From contig OZ024742.1 in NCBI GenBank assembly GCA_964016885.1, positions 376,216,001-376,280,000 on the forward strand: a stretch of DNA of 64,000 nucleotides, in the 5' to 3' direction. This document shows, piece after piece, positions 32,843 through 46,400 of this stretch (within the stretch, counting starts at the first letter, position 1; the number at the start of each line of letters is the position of its first letter). Both the position numbers and the translations under genes were made by a program. The stretch comes from Eledone cirrhosa. Its lineage: Eukaryota. The notes beneath the pieces were generated by a model. It made no database searches, was not told the DNA's origin, and worked only from the letters and a program-made list of their open reading frames with translations.

Positions 32843-33604
32843 ACAAACATTGATACATAATTTATTTAGTTTGTTCAACCAGAACAAATAAAAACTGGCC
32901 GAAATTCTGGATTTCATCAAACATGGATGTGTTTAGGTTTTACATTCAATCATCAATCAGTTGTTTGGTTCAATTCACAGGCTTTTATAAATACATCTAT
33001 TCCTCCTCCTTCTCTTTCTCCTCCTCCTCCTGCTCTCTTATTCCTGAGACAGTTATTAGGGGTTATAGTCCTCAGATATGCTATCTAGAGGGTCCTATTT
33101 GGAAGCACAGTTTCCAAATCATTAGACTTGATCTCCAGTTCTACTGACTCAGCTATACCACTGCTTTAGTATTGAAACCAAAATAACAACAACAACAATA
33201 ACAACAATAATGGTAATAATAACAACAACAACAATTTATGACAAGTGAAGGTTTCACTTGTCATATGAAAAAAAAATACTGCCAAAAGAGAAATTTAATT
33301 TGTTCTGTCTAAATCTTGCCTCATTAATTAATCTAGAAACTCTGCTAATATTAGTGCACAATAATTAGTTTCTAATTTATTCAGTGTAATTAGGTATCAC
33401 CATCATCATCATTGTTTAACATCCATTTTTCCATGCTAGCATTGGTCTGACGAGTGAGACACGTTTGATCAGATGATTGTGTCTTGCTCATACAGAACTG
33501 GTTCTGGCTTGGTTTCTATAGCTGGTTTCTATGTCCTTTATTGTTCGTTGAGTTTTTTTATGGGCATGACTGACACCAACCCCACCCTCCTTATTGGGCT
33601 GGGG

Positions 33605-33651
33605 AGACATTGTTTTGCCGGTCCATGGTGCAAAAAGGTTGGGGACTGCTG
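33605..33651. mobile_element. hAT MITE terminus remnant
   Basis: 'ccggtccatggtgcaaaaaggttggggactgctg' resembles Charlie/MER5-type ends. Confidence 0.5.
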
Positions 33652-33747
33652 TGCTAAATTTTGTTTGAAAGGTTTGCTGTTTGATGGTTCCTTGCTTAGA
33701 TACATACTTAACAGGTATGGAATGGTTAGATTTATAAGACCACCACC

Positions 33748-33781
<34 letters not shown>

Positions 33782-33995
33782 TAATCATCAGCAGCAGCAG
33801 CACCACCACCACCACCACCACCACCACCATTTAACGTCTATCTTCCATACTTTCCTGTGTTAGCTTGTCACATTATGAGGCTAGATAGGTCCATGTCATG
33901 TCATGCTGGCTTGGTTTCAACAGCTGGATGTTCTTCTTAATGGCAACCACATTACACCATGTACTAAGACCTTTTCCATGGCACCACCACTACCA

Positions 33996-34157
33996 ATAAT
34001 TGTTTCTACTTTTGGCACCAGGCCAGCAATTATCCCAGTGCATTACTGGTACTTTATTCTATCGACCCCGTAAGGATGAAAGGCAAAGTCAACCTCGGCG
34101 GGATTTGAACTCAGATCGTAAAGTGACGTAACTATGCTGGAAAGCATGGCGTCCGAC
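33996..34157 (-). mobile_element. tRNA-derived SINE (same family as 11544 and 19874)
   Basis: 'actggtactttattctatcgaccccgtaaggatgaaaggcaaagtcaacctcggcgggatttgaactcag' is the reverse complement of the SINE body. Confidence 0.85.
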
Positions 34158-34180
34158 AATGTCACATACACACACACATA

Positions 34181-34216
<36 letters not shown>

Positions 34217-35175
34217 TGTATGTATGTATGTATGTATGTATGTATGTATGTATGTATGTATCCCAGACTACCATTTGCCTTCATCATGGATCAACTAAGC
34301 ACTCTTGTCATAATAACACATTTTGAACTGCTTATCCTCAAGAACTATGCCTGTAAATAATATTATTTCTTCTTTCCCATTAACTTATCATGTTCCACAT
34401 CACCCCCTTTTTTTTCTTTTTTCTTTTCACTTGTTTGTAAATAATATTATTCTTTCTTCCCCATTACCTTAACATGTTCAACATCACATTATTTTCTCTC
34501 CAACATTTTACACCAATACAAATTCCCCCTTTTCATAATGCATAAAATGCTGAAACCGCTAATAGACAATTATTAAATATATAAATAAATAAATGCCATT
34601 GTTAATTAATAAATAAATTAACTAATACCTTAACACTTCACACAAAGTAAAATATTTTGTTTTAAACATTTTCTAACCCAGAAAAAAGAAAAAAAAAAAA
34701 AAAATTCTTCTTCCTAATAATCGTCTTTTTCTCCCTACTTTCATATATATATATATATATTCCAACTCATGTGCTCCTTCTCCACATTTTATAATTATAT
34801 ATATATATATATTATATGTATATATATATTACTTACTTGTACTTGTGTTGGCATTCACCTGGGGTGGGTTGAGCTGGATCCATCAAAGGAATTCAGGGTG
34901 TAAGTTCATTTGAATGGAGTTTTTGGGCGATTGGTTTCACAAGTGGTGTCCGGCTGCAAGTATCTGCACTTTAGGATAGTGCAACCAAGCATTGCATTGG
35001 TTATAGTACCGAGCTCTCATTTTCATTCCCAACCCAAACTGGTGTGGCCAGTGCCATGATGGGGCCAGTGCCATGGTACTTATATACACCTATATACATA
35101 TGGGATTTATACATAACCTTACCTATTGAGTACGCTGAGATGCAAACTGTACTAGTAAGGAAACCTTGTTAACCT

Positions 35176-35212
<37 letters not shown>

Positions 35213-35285
35213 GGTGTTGGATGCTTAAAGCGCCCGTATGTGGTAGGCCGTATGAGCACTCAATGCCCTCATAGAGCAGAGTATG

Positions 35286-35490
35286 ATATCACAGAAAAAA
35301 GAGAATCAGTGTTGCGACGAAAGGAATTTATTGGACATATTACAATTGATTCTCGGGTGACCAGCTAGAGTTTGATCATAGGTTTGATCACCACATTGAT
35401 CGTGCCTCGAGCTGGTTGCCCGAGAAACAATTGTAATATGTCCAATAAATTCCTTTCGTCGCAACACTGGTTCTCTTTTTTCTGTGATAT
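35286..35490. repeat. Palindrome (~85-bp arms) carrying the 3' half of a hammerhead
   Basis: Arms are 35286-35370 and 35406-35490; contains GAAA-caattg-TA; lies between (TA)n tracts. Confidence 0.88.
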
Positions 35491-35796
35491 ATATATATAT
35501 AAAATTATAATATAGAGTTAGAGACTCACAATATTCGCATTTTTATAGCAAAAGATAAAATATATATATGTATGTGTTGTATATATTATGCCAATATATG
35601 TATATATAGTGTATATCTTATGTCCAGGTGTATATCGTTATAGTGGAGGTATGTACAGTTTGATTATTTTATTGATTTGTATTTACCTCTCCATCTGTAG
35701 TTTTATGTGCTTTACCAGGGTAGAATTTTATTCCCTATTATCTGACATACTTTATTATGTGTCTTATCTCATTGCTATGATAAATATATATATATA

Positions 35797-36378
35797 TCAT
35801 CATCATCACCATTTTACGTCCGTTCTTCCACGCTAGCATGGGTTAGACGGGTTGTCTTGTTGTGGGAAGTGTCCAGTCGCCTGACCTTGTCTTGCTCATA
35901 TGGGAACTGATTCTGGCTTGATTTTTACAGCTGGATGCCCTTTCTAACACCAACCTCATCTACAGTGAGTGCTGGGTGCTTTTTTTTCCGTGGCACCTAC
36001 ACGACCACTTTACAGAGCGAGCTGGGTGCTTTTTTGTCGTGACACCTACACAACCACTTTACAGAGCGAGGAGATGGGGGACATAATTTCTATATGCCTC
36101 AGTTTCGGCTTGTACTCGTGGGGGATCGGGTCTTCTGTATTACTGTGTGACGCCAGAGGTCATGGTCGTGTGTCATCGCCTTTGAGAGGTGCAATTGGGC
36201 AAGGTCAGCTTTCATCACCTCATCCCAAGTCTTCTTGAGTCTCCCCACTCCACGGCTTCCATCAACTTTTAGTGCTCTGCACCTTTTTATGTAGCTGTCT
36301 TCCTTCATACACATCACATGTCCATACCAATGCAACCTCCTCTCCTGCACACAGCATTTGATTCCTCTTATGCTCAGT
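35797..36378 (-). mobile_element. RTE LINE family A, 3' end
   Basis: LSIRGIKCCVQERRLHWYGHV..., then UTR and tail. Confidence 0.92.
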
Positions 36379-37029
36379 ATCATGATCATCATCGTTTAAC
36401 ATCTATCTTCCATGTTAGCATGGGTTAGACTATATATATATATTTATTATACAAATTTAAACAATATTTAACAGGATATATCAATTGTGAAACTGTTAGT
36501 ATTTTGTACAATATACAGAACAAGTAATATGTAAGTAAATATACTTCAAGATGGTAACATGGTTCCTTAAACTCATAACATTGCGATCATCAGCCCAACT
36601 CTGTAACTGCTAGGTTACATGTCTTCACCTTATGTATATACATCATACTAATTAGTCTGTATATATATAATACTAATTAGTCTACTCCAGTAAACAAACT
36701 CTAACAACTGTTGTGTTGTAATTAAAATTGTTAATGTATTGAATTCATAATCAATATAATTGTATTATATTGAAGTTATAATAATTACAAATGCAATATA
36801 TTGGAATAATGATATTTATTAATCCATGTATACAACTGATGTGATCAGCAACATTGGAAACCAGCATGTACATGGTTAGATAATTACAGCAAAGGTATTT
36901 ATAGTTATAAACAGAAACACCACAGAGAAAAGCTAGTTGAAGGGATTCTAATAAACAACAACCACCTTATTTTGGTGGAGTTACTTTCATCTTCTTAAAA
37001 AGTCAATGAGAACTTCAAGGACTAAAGGA

Positions 37030-37347
37030 ATCATCATCATCACCGGTTTATGTCCGTTCTTCCATGCTAGCATGGGTTAGACGGGTTGTCCTGTTGTGGG
37101 CAGTGTCCAGTCGGCTGACATCCTGTCTTGCTCATACAGGAACTGATTCTGGCTGGATGCCCTTCCTAACACCAACCTCATTTACAGTGAGTGCTGGGTG
37201 CTTTTTTGCCCTGACACCTCCACGACCACTTTACAGTAGGAGGGGGTATGGGCGTGTTGTCTATATGCTTCAGCTTTGGCTTGTTTCCGTGGGAAGTCTG
37301 GTCTTCTGTATTACTGCGTGACGCCAGAGGTCACGGTCCTGTGTCAT
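37030..37347 (-). mobile_element. RTE LINE family A, short 3' end
   Basis: Same UTR as 15950 and 30305, with deletions. Confidence 0.88.
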
Positions 37348-37429
37348 TTTATTTTTCTTTCTTTAAAAAGTATAGGAATCATTAATAGTCAGCTTAGTTG
37401 GAGTGGTATGTGTTTCATTGATTTCAATA

Positions 37430-40095
37430 TATTACTTGTGGGAAAACTGTTATATTGGTGCAGTTTTCAGATTTGAGTAAATTACTTGTGGGAAAACTGT
37501 TAAATTGGTGCAGTTTTCAGATTTGAGTAAATTACTTGTGGGAAAACTGTTATATTGGTGCAGTTTTCAGATTTGAGTAAATTACTTGTGGGAAAACTGT
37601 TAAATTGGTGCAGTTTTCAGATTTGAGTAAATTACTTGTGGGAAAACTGTTATATTGGTACAGTTTTCAGAGTTGAGTAAATTACTTGTGGGAAAACTGT
37701 TATATTAGTGCAGTTTTCAGATTTGAGACAATTATTTGTGGAAAACTGTTATATTAGTGCAGTTTTCAGATTTGAGTAAATTACTTGTGGGAAAACTGTT
37801 ATATTGGTGCAGTTTTTAGACTTGAGTAAATTACTTGTGGAAAAACTATTTTATTGGTGCAGTTTTCAGATTTGAATAAATTACTTGTGGAAAAACTATT
37901 TTATTGGTGCAGTTTTCAGAGTTGAGTAAATTATTTGAGGGAAAACTGTTATATTAGTGCAGTTTTCAGATTTGAGTAAATTACTTGTGGGAAAACTGTT
38001 ATATTGGTACAGTTTTCAGAGTTGAGTAAATTACTTGTGGGAAAACTATTATATTGGTGCAGTTTTCAGATTTGAGACAATTATTTGTGGAAAACTGTTA
38101 TATTAGTGCAGTTTTCAGATTTGAGTAAATTACTTGTGGGAAAACTGTTATATTGGTGCAGTTTTTAGACTTGAGTAAATTACTTGTGGAAAAACTATTT
38201 TATTGGTGCAGTTTTCAGATTTGAATAAATTACTTGTGGAAAAACTATTTTATTGGTGCAGTTTTCAGATTTGAGTAAATTACTTGTGGAAAAACAGTTT
38301 TATTGGTGTAGTTTTCAGATTTGAGTAAATTACTTGTGGGAAAACTGTTATTTTGGTGCAGTTTTTAGACTTGAGTAAATTACTTGTGGGAAAACTGTTA
38401 TATTAGTTTAGTTTTTAGATTTGAGTAAATTACTTGTGGGAAAATTGTTATATTGGTGCAGTTTTTAGACTTGAGAAAATTACTTGTGGGAAAACTGTTA
38501 TATTAGTGCAGTTTTTAGACTTGAGTAAATTACTTGTAGGAAAACTGTTATATTGGTGCAGTTTTTAGACTTGTATAAATTACTTGTGCGAAAACTGTTA
38601 CATTAGTGGAGTTTTTAGACTGGAGTAAATTACTTGTGGGAAAACTGTTATATTAGTGCAGTTTTCAGATTTGAGTAAATTACTTTTGGAAAAACTGTTA
38701 TATTGGTGCAGTTTTTAGACTTGAGTAAATTACTTGTGGGAAAACTGTTATATTGGTGCAGTTTTTAGACTTGAGTAAATTACTTTTGGAAAAACTGTTA
38801 TGTTGGTTTAGTTTTTAGACTTGAGTAAATTACTTGTGCAAAATCTGTTCTAAAATCTGTGCAAAATCTGTGCAGTTTTCAGATTTGAGTAAATTACTTG
38901 TGGGAAAACTGTTATATTGGTGCAGTTTTCAGATTTGAGTAAATTACTTTTGGAAAAACTGTTATATTGGTGCAGTTTTTAGACTTGAGTAAATTACTTG
39001 TGGGAAAACTGATATATTGGTGCAGTTTTTAGACTTGAGTAAATTACTTTTGGAAAAACTGTTATGTTGGTTTAGTTTTTAGACTTGAGTAAATTACTTG
39101 TGCAAAATCTGTTCTAAAATCTGTGCAAAATCTGTGCAGTTTTCAGATTTGAGTAAATTACTTGTGAAAAAACCTTATTGGTGTAGTTTTCAGATTTGAG
39201 TAAATTACTTGTGGGAAAACTGTTATATTGGTGCAGTTTTTAGACTTGAGTAAATTACTTGTGGGAAAACTGTTATATTGGTGCAGTTTTTAGACTTGAG
39301 TAAATCACTTGTGGGAAAACTGTTATATTGGTGCAGTTTTCAGATTTGAGTAAATTACTTGTGGGAAAAATGTTATATTTCTGCAGTTTTTAGACTAGAG
39401 TAAATTACTTGAGTGAAAACTGTTATTAGTGCAGTTTTTAGATTTGAATACATTACTTGTAGGAAAACTGTTATGTTAGTGCAGTTTTCAGATTTGAGTA
39501 AATTACTTGTGGGAAAACTGTTATATTGGTGCAGTTTTTAGACTTGAATAAACTACTTGTGGAAAAACTGTTACATTAGTGCAGTTTTTAGACTGGAGTA
39601 AATTACTTGTGGGAAAACTGTTATATTGGTGCAGTTTTCAGATTTGAGTAAATTACTTGCAGTAAAAATGTTATATTAGTGCAGTTTTTAAACTATAGTA
39701 AATTACTTGTGGGAAAACTTTTATATTAGTGCAGTTTTCAGATTTGAAGTAAATTAATCGTGGGAAAATTGTTATATTGGTGCAGTTTTTAGACTTGAGT
39801 AAATTACTTGTGGGAAAACTGTTATATTAGTGCAGTTTTTAGACTTGTATAAATTACTTGTGCGAAAACTGTTACATTAGTGCAGTTTTTAGACTGGAGT
39901 AAATTACTTGTGGGAAAACTGTTATATTAGTGCAGTTTTTAGACTTGTATAAATTACTTGTGCGAAAACTGTTACATTAGTGCAGTTTTTAGACTGGAGT
40001 AAATTACTTGTGGGAAAACTGTTATATAGTGCAGTTTTCAGATTTGAGTAAATTACTTATGGGAAAACTGTTATATTGGTGCAGTTTTTTAGATT
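37430..40095. repeat. 50-bp satellite, about 53 copies
   Basis: Unit AATTACTTGTGGGAAAACTGTTATATTGGTGCAGTTTTCAGATTTGAGTA; period 50 (37441 to 37491). Confidence 0.98.
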
Positions 40096-40111
40096 TTCCG
40101 AAGCAAGTTGA

Positions 40112-40480
40112 TCTGATGATGGTAGTGGTGTTGATGATGATGATGGTGGTTGTGTGGTGATGGTGGTGTGGACGATGATGATGATAGTGATGGCAGTGGT
40201 GGTATTGGTGGTGGTGGTGATTATAATTTTGGAGATGACAATGATGATGATGATGATGGTTGTGGTAGTGATGATGGTGATGCTGATGGTGATGGTGATG
40301 ATGTTGGTGGTGACAATGATAATGATTGTGGTTGTGGTGGTGGTGATGATGTATTTTGTGGTGATGAGGATATTGATGATGTTGATGATGGTGATGATAA
40401 TGACGATAGTAGTGATGATAATGGTGAGGATGTTGATGATGATGGTGGTGGTAATAGTAGAGATGATGATTTTAATGAAG
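40112..40480. repeat. Degenerate (GAT/GGT)n trinucleotide tract
   Basis: Seen directly; it separates the two satellites. Confidence 0.92.
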
Positions 40481-40484
40481 TTAC

Positions 40485-43400
40485 AGTACTGTTCCTTCTC
40501 ACCTTATAATAATATACCTGTAACCCCTAATTCTATTCCTTCTTACCCTACGATAATATATCTGTAACCCCTAATTCTGTACCTTCTTACCCTACATTAA
40601 TATACCTGTAACCCCTAATTCTGTTACTTCTCATCCTACAATAATATACCTGTAACCCCTAATTCTGTACCTTCTTACCCTACCATAACATACCTGTAAC
40701 CCCTAATTCTGTACCCTCTTACCCTACAATAATATACCTGTAACCCCTAATTCTGTACCTTCTCACCCTACAATAATATACCTGTAACCCCTAATTCTGT
40801 TCCTTCTCACCCTACAATAACATACTTGTAACCCCTAATTCTGTACCCTCTTACCCTACAATAATATACCTGTAACCCCTAATTCTGTTCCTTCTCACCT
40901 TACAGTAATATACCTGTCACCCCTAATTCTGTTCCTTCTTACCTTACAATAATATACCTGAAACCCCTAATTCTGTTCCTTCTCACCTTACAATAATATA
41001 CCTGTAACCCCTAATTCTGTTCCTTCTCACCTTACAATAATATACCTGTAACCCCTAATTCTGTTCCTTCTTACCCTACAATAATATACCTGTAACCCCT
41101 AATTCTGTTCCTTCTTACCCTACAATAATATACCTGTAACCCCTAATTCTGTACCTGCTCACCCTACAATAATATACCTGTAACCCCTAATTCTGTTCCT
41201 TCTTACCTTACAATAATATACCTGTAATCCCTAATTATGTTCCTTCTTACCCTACAATAATATACCTGTAATCCCTAATTCTGTTCCTTCTTACCCTACA
41301 ATAATATACCTGTAACCCCTAATTCTGTTCCTTCTCACCTTACAATAATATACCTGTAACCCCTAATTCTTTACCTTCTCACATTAAAATAATATACCTG
41401 TAACCCCTAATTCTGTTCCTTCTCACCTTACAATAATATACCTGTAACCCCTAATTCTGTACACTCTTACCATACAATAATATATCTGTAACCCCTAATT
41501 CTGTTCCTTCTCACCCTACAATAGTATACCTGTAACCCCTAATTCTGTTCCTTACCCTACAATAATATACCTGTAACCCCTAATTCTGTTACTTCTCACC
41601 TTACAGTAATATACCTGAAACCCCTAATTCTGTTCCTTCTCACCTTACAATAATATACCTGTAACCCCTAATTCTGTACCTTCTTATCCTACTATAATAT
41701 ACCTGTAACCCCTAACTCTGTACCTTCTCCCGCTACAATAATATACCTGTAACCCCTAATTCTATACCGTCTCCCACTACAATAATATACCTGTAACCCC
41801 TAATTCTATTCCTTCTCACCATACAATAATATACTTGTAACCCCTAATTCTGTACCTACTTTCCCTACAATAATATACCTGTAACCCCTAATTCTGTACC
41901 TTCTCACCCTACAATAATATACCTGTAACCCCTAATTCTGTTCCTTCTTACCCTACAACAATATACCTGTAACCCCTAATTCTGTACCTTCTCACCCTAC
42001 AATAATATACCTGTAACCCCTAATTCTGTACCTTCTCACCCTACAATAATATACCTGTAACCCCTAATTCTGTTCCTTCTCACCCTACAATAACATACCT
42101 TTAACCTCTAATTCTCTTCCTTATTACCATACATTAATATACCTGTAACCCCTAATTCTGTACCTTCTTACCCTACAATAATATACCTGTAACCCCTAAT
42201 TCTGTTCCTTCTTACTCTACAATAATATACCTGTAACCCCTAATTCTGTTTCTTCTTACCCTACAATAATATACCTGTAACCCCTAATTCTGTACCTTCT
42301 TACCCTACAATAATATACCTGTAACCCCTAATTCTGTTCTTCCTTACCCTACAATAATATAGCTGTAACCCCTAATACTGTACCTTCTTAACCTACAATA
42401 ATATACCTGTAACCCCTAATTCTGTTCCTCCTTACCCTACAATAATATACCTGTAACCCCTAATTCTGTACTTTCTTACCATACAATAATATACCTGTAA
42501 CCCCTAATTCTGTTCCTTATTACCCTACAACAATATACCTGTAACCCCCAATTCTGTTCCTTATTACCCTACAATAATATACCTGTAACCCCTACTTCTG
42601 TACCTTCTCATCCTACAATAATATACCTGTAACCCCTAATTCTGTACCTACTTACCCTACAATAATATACCTGTAACCCCTAATTCTGTTCCTTCTTACC
42701 CTACAATAATAAACCTGTAACCCCTAATTCTGTTCCTTCTAACCCTACAATAAAATACTTGTAACCCCTAATTCTGTACCTGCTCACCCTACAATAATAT
42801 ACCTGTAACCCCTAATTCTGTTCCTTCTTACCCTACAATAATATAGCTGTAACCCCTAATTCTGTTCCTTCTTAGCCTACAATAATATACTTGTAACCCC
42901 CAATTCTGTACCTGCTCACCCTACAATAATATACCTGTAACCCCCAATTCTGTTCCTTCTTACCCTACAATAATATACCTGTAATCTCTAATTCTGTACC
43001 TTCTCCCGATACAATAATATACCTGTAACCCCTAATTCTGTACCTTCTACCACTACAATAATATAACTGTAACCCCTAATTCTGTTCCTTCTCACCTTAC
43101 AATAATATAACTGTAACCCCTAATTCTGTACCTTCTCACCTTAAAATAATATACCTGTAACCCCTAATTCTGTACCTTTTCACCCTACAATAATATACCT
43201 GTAACCCTTCATTCTGTTCCTTCTTACCCTACAATAATATACATGTAATCCCTAATTCTGTACCTTCTTATCCTACAAAAATATACCTGTAACCCCTAAT
43301 TCTGTTCCTTACCCTACAATAATATACCTGTAACCCCTAATTCTGTTCCTTCTCACCTTACAGTAATATACCTGAAACCCCTAATTCTGTTCCTTCTCAC

Positions 43401-46400
43401 CTTACAATAATATACCTGTAACCCCTAATTCTGTACCTTCTTATCCTACTATAATATACCTGTAACCCCTAACTCTGTACCTTCTCCCGCTACAATAATA
43501 TACCTGTAACCCCTAATTCTGTACCTTTTCCCACTACAATAATATACCTGTAACCCCTAATTCTGTTCCTTCTAACCCTACAATAATATACTTGTAACCC
43601 CTAATTCTGTACCTACTTCCCCTACAATAACATACCTGTAACCCCTAAGTCTGTACCCTCTTACCCTACAATAATATACCTGTAACCCCTAATTCTGTAC
43701 CTTCTCACCCTACAATAATATACCTGTAACCGCTAATTCTGTTCCTTCTCACCCTACAATAATATACTTGTAACCCCTAATTCTGTTCCTTCTTACCCTA
43801 CAATAATATACCTGTAACCCCTAATTCTGTACCTTCTCACCTTACAATAATATACCTGTAACCCCTAATTCTGTTCCTTCTCACCCAACAATAATATACC
43901 TGTAACCCCTAATTCTGTTCCTTCTCACCTTACAATAATATACCTGTAACCCCTAATTCTGTACCTTCTTACCCTACAATAATATACCTGTAACCCCTAA
44001 TTCTGTTCTTCCTTACCCTACAATAATATAGCTGTAACCCCTAATTCTGTACCTTCTTAACCTACAATAATATACCTGTAACCCCTAATTCTGTACCAAC
44101 TTACCCTACAATAATATACCTGTAACCCCTAATTCTGTTCCTTTTCACCCTACAATAATATAGCTGTAACCCCTAATTCTGTTCCTTCTTAGCCTACAAT
44201 AATATACTTGTAACCCCTAATTCTGTACCTGCTCACCCAACAATAATATACCTGTAAACCCTAATTCTGTTCCTTCTTACCCTACAATAATATACCTGTA
44301 ATCCCTAATTCTGTACCTTTTTACCCTACAAAAATATATCTGTAACCCCTAATTCTGTTCCTTACCCTACAATAATATACCTGTAACCCCTAATTCTGTA
44401 CCTTCTCCCGATACAATAATATACCTGTAACCCCTAATTCTGTACCTTCTACCACTACAATAATATAACTGTAACCCCTAATTCTGTTCCTTCTCACCTT
44501 ACAATAATATAACTGTAACCCCTAATTCTGTACCTTCTCACCTTAAAATAATATACCTGTAACCCCTAATTCTGTACCTTTTCACCCTACAATAATATAC
44601 CTGTAACCCTTAATTCTGTTCCTTCTTACCCTACAATAATATACCTGTAATCCCTAATTCTGTACCTTCTTACCCTACAAAAATATGCCTGTAACCCCTA
44701 ATTCTGTTCCTTACCCTACAATAATATACCTGTAACCCCTAATTCTGTTCCTTCTCACCTTACAGTAATATACCTGAAACCCCTAATTCTGTTCCTTCTC
44801 ACCTTACAATAATATACCTGTAACCCCTAATTCTGTACCTTCTCACCTTACAATAATATACCTGTAACCCCTAATTCTGTTCCTTCTCACCCAACAATAA
44901 TATACCTGTAACCCCTAATTCTGTTCCTTCTCACCTTACAATAATATACCTGTAACCCCTAATTCTGTACCTTCTTACCCTACAATAATATACCTGTAAC
45001 CCCTAATTCTGTTCTTCCTTACCCTACAATAATATAGCTGTAACCCCTAATTCTGTACCTACTTACCCTACAATAATATACCTGTAACCCCTAATTCTGT
45101 TCCTTCTTACCCTACAATAATAAACCTGTAACCCAAATTCTGTTCCTTCTAACCCTACAATAAAATACTTGTAACCCCTAATTCTGTACCTGCTCACCCT
45201 ACAATAATATACCTGTAACCCCTAATTCTGTTCCTTCTCACACTACAATAATATAGCTGTAACCCCTAATTATGTTCTTCTTAGCCTACAATAATATACT
45301 TGTAACCCCTAATTCTCTACCTGCTCACCCTACAATAATATACCTGTAAACCCTAATTCTGTTCCTTCTTACCCTACAATAATATACCTGTAACCCTTAA
45401 TTCTGTTCCTTCTTACCCTACAATAATATACCTGTAATCCTTAATTCTGTACCTTTTTACCCTACAAAAATATATCTGTAACCCCTAATTCTGTTCCTTA
45501 CCCTACAATAATATACCTGTAACTCCTAATTCTGTACCTTCTCCCGATACAATAATATACCTGTAACCCCTAATTCTGTACCTTCTACCACTACAATAAT
45601 ATAACTGTAACCCCTAATTCTGTTCCTTCTCACCTTACAATAATATAACTGTAACCCCTAATTCTGTACCTTCTCACCTTAAAATAATATACCTGTAACC
45701 CCTAATTCTGTACCTTTTCACCCTACAATAATATACCTGTAACCCTTAATTCTGTTCCTTCTTACCCTACAATAATATACCTGTAATCCCTAATTCTGTA
45801 CCTTCTTACCCTACAAAAATATACCTGTAACCCCTAATTCTGTTCCTTACCCTACAATAATATACCTGTAACCCCTAATTCTGTTCCTTCTCACCTTACA
45901 GTAATATACCTGAAACCCCTAATTCTGTTCCTTCTCACCTTACAATAATATACCTGTAACCCCTAATTCTGTACCTTCTTATCCTACTATAATATACCTG
46001 TAACTCCTAACTCTGTACCTTCTCCCGCTACAATAATATACCTGTAACCCCTAATTCTGTACCTTTTCCCACTACAATAATATACCTGTAACCCCTAATT
46101 CTGTTCCTTCTAACCCTACAATAATATACTTGTAACCCCTAATTCTGTACCTACTTCCCCTACAATAACATACCTGTAACCCCTAATTCTGTACCCTCTT
46201 ACCCTACAATAATATACCTGTAACCCCTAATTCTGTACCTTCCCACCCTACAATAATATACCTGTAACGCCTAATTCTGTTCCTTCTCACCCTACAATAA
46301 CATATCGGTAACCCCTAATTCTGTACCCTCTTACCCTACAATAATATACCTGTAACCCCTAATTCTGGTCCTTCTCACCATACAGTAATATACCTGTAAC

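Noticed and set aside
35117-35176. cttac...gtaag-GAAA-ccttgt-TA hammerhead-like 3' half
   Set aside because: There is no CTGANGA upstream.
36550-36600. CTGATGA on the minus strand with GAAC-catgt-TA
   Set aside because: The core GAAA is mutated and the stems are weak.
40150-40567. Asp/Gly-, Met/Val- and Ser/Pro-rich ORFs
   Set aside because: Trinucleotide low-complexity artefacts.
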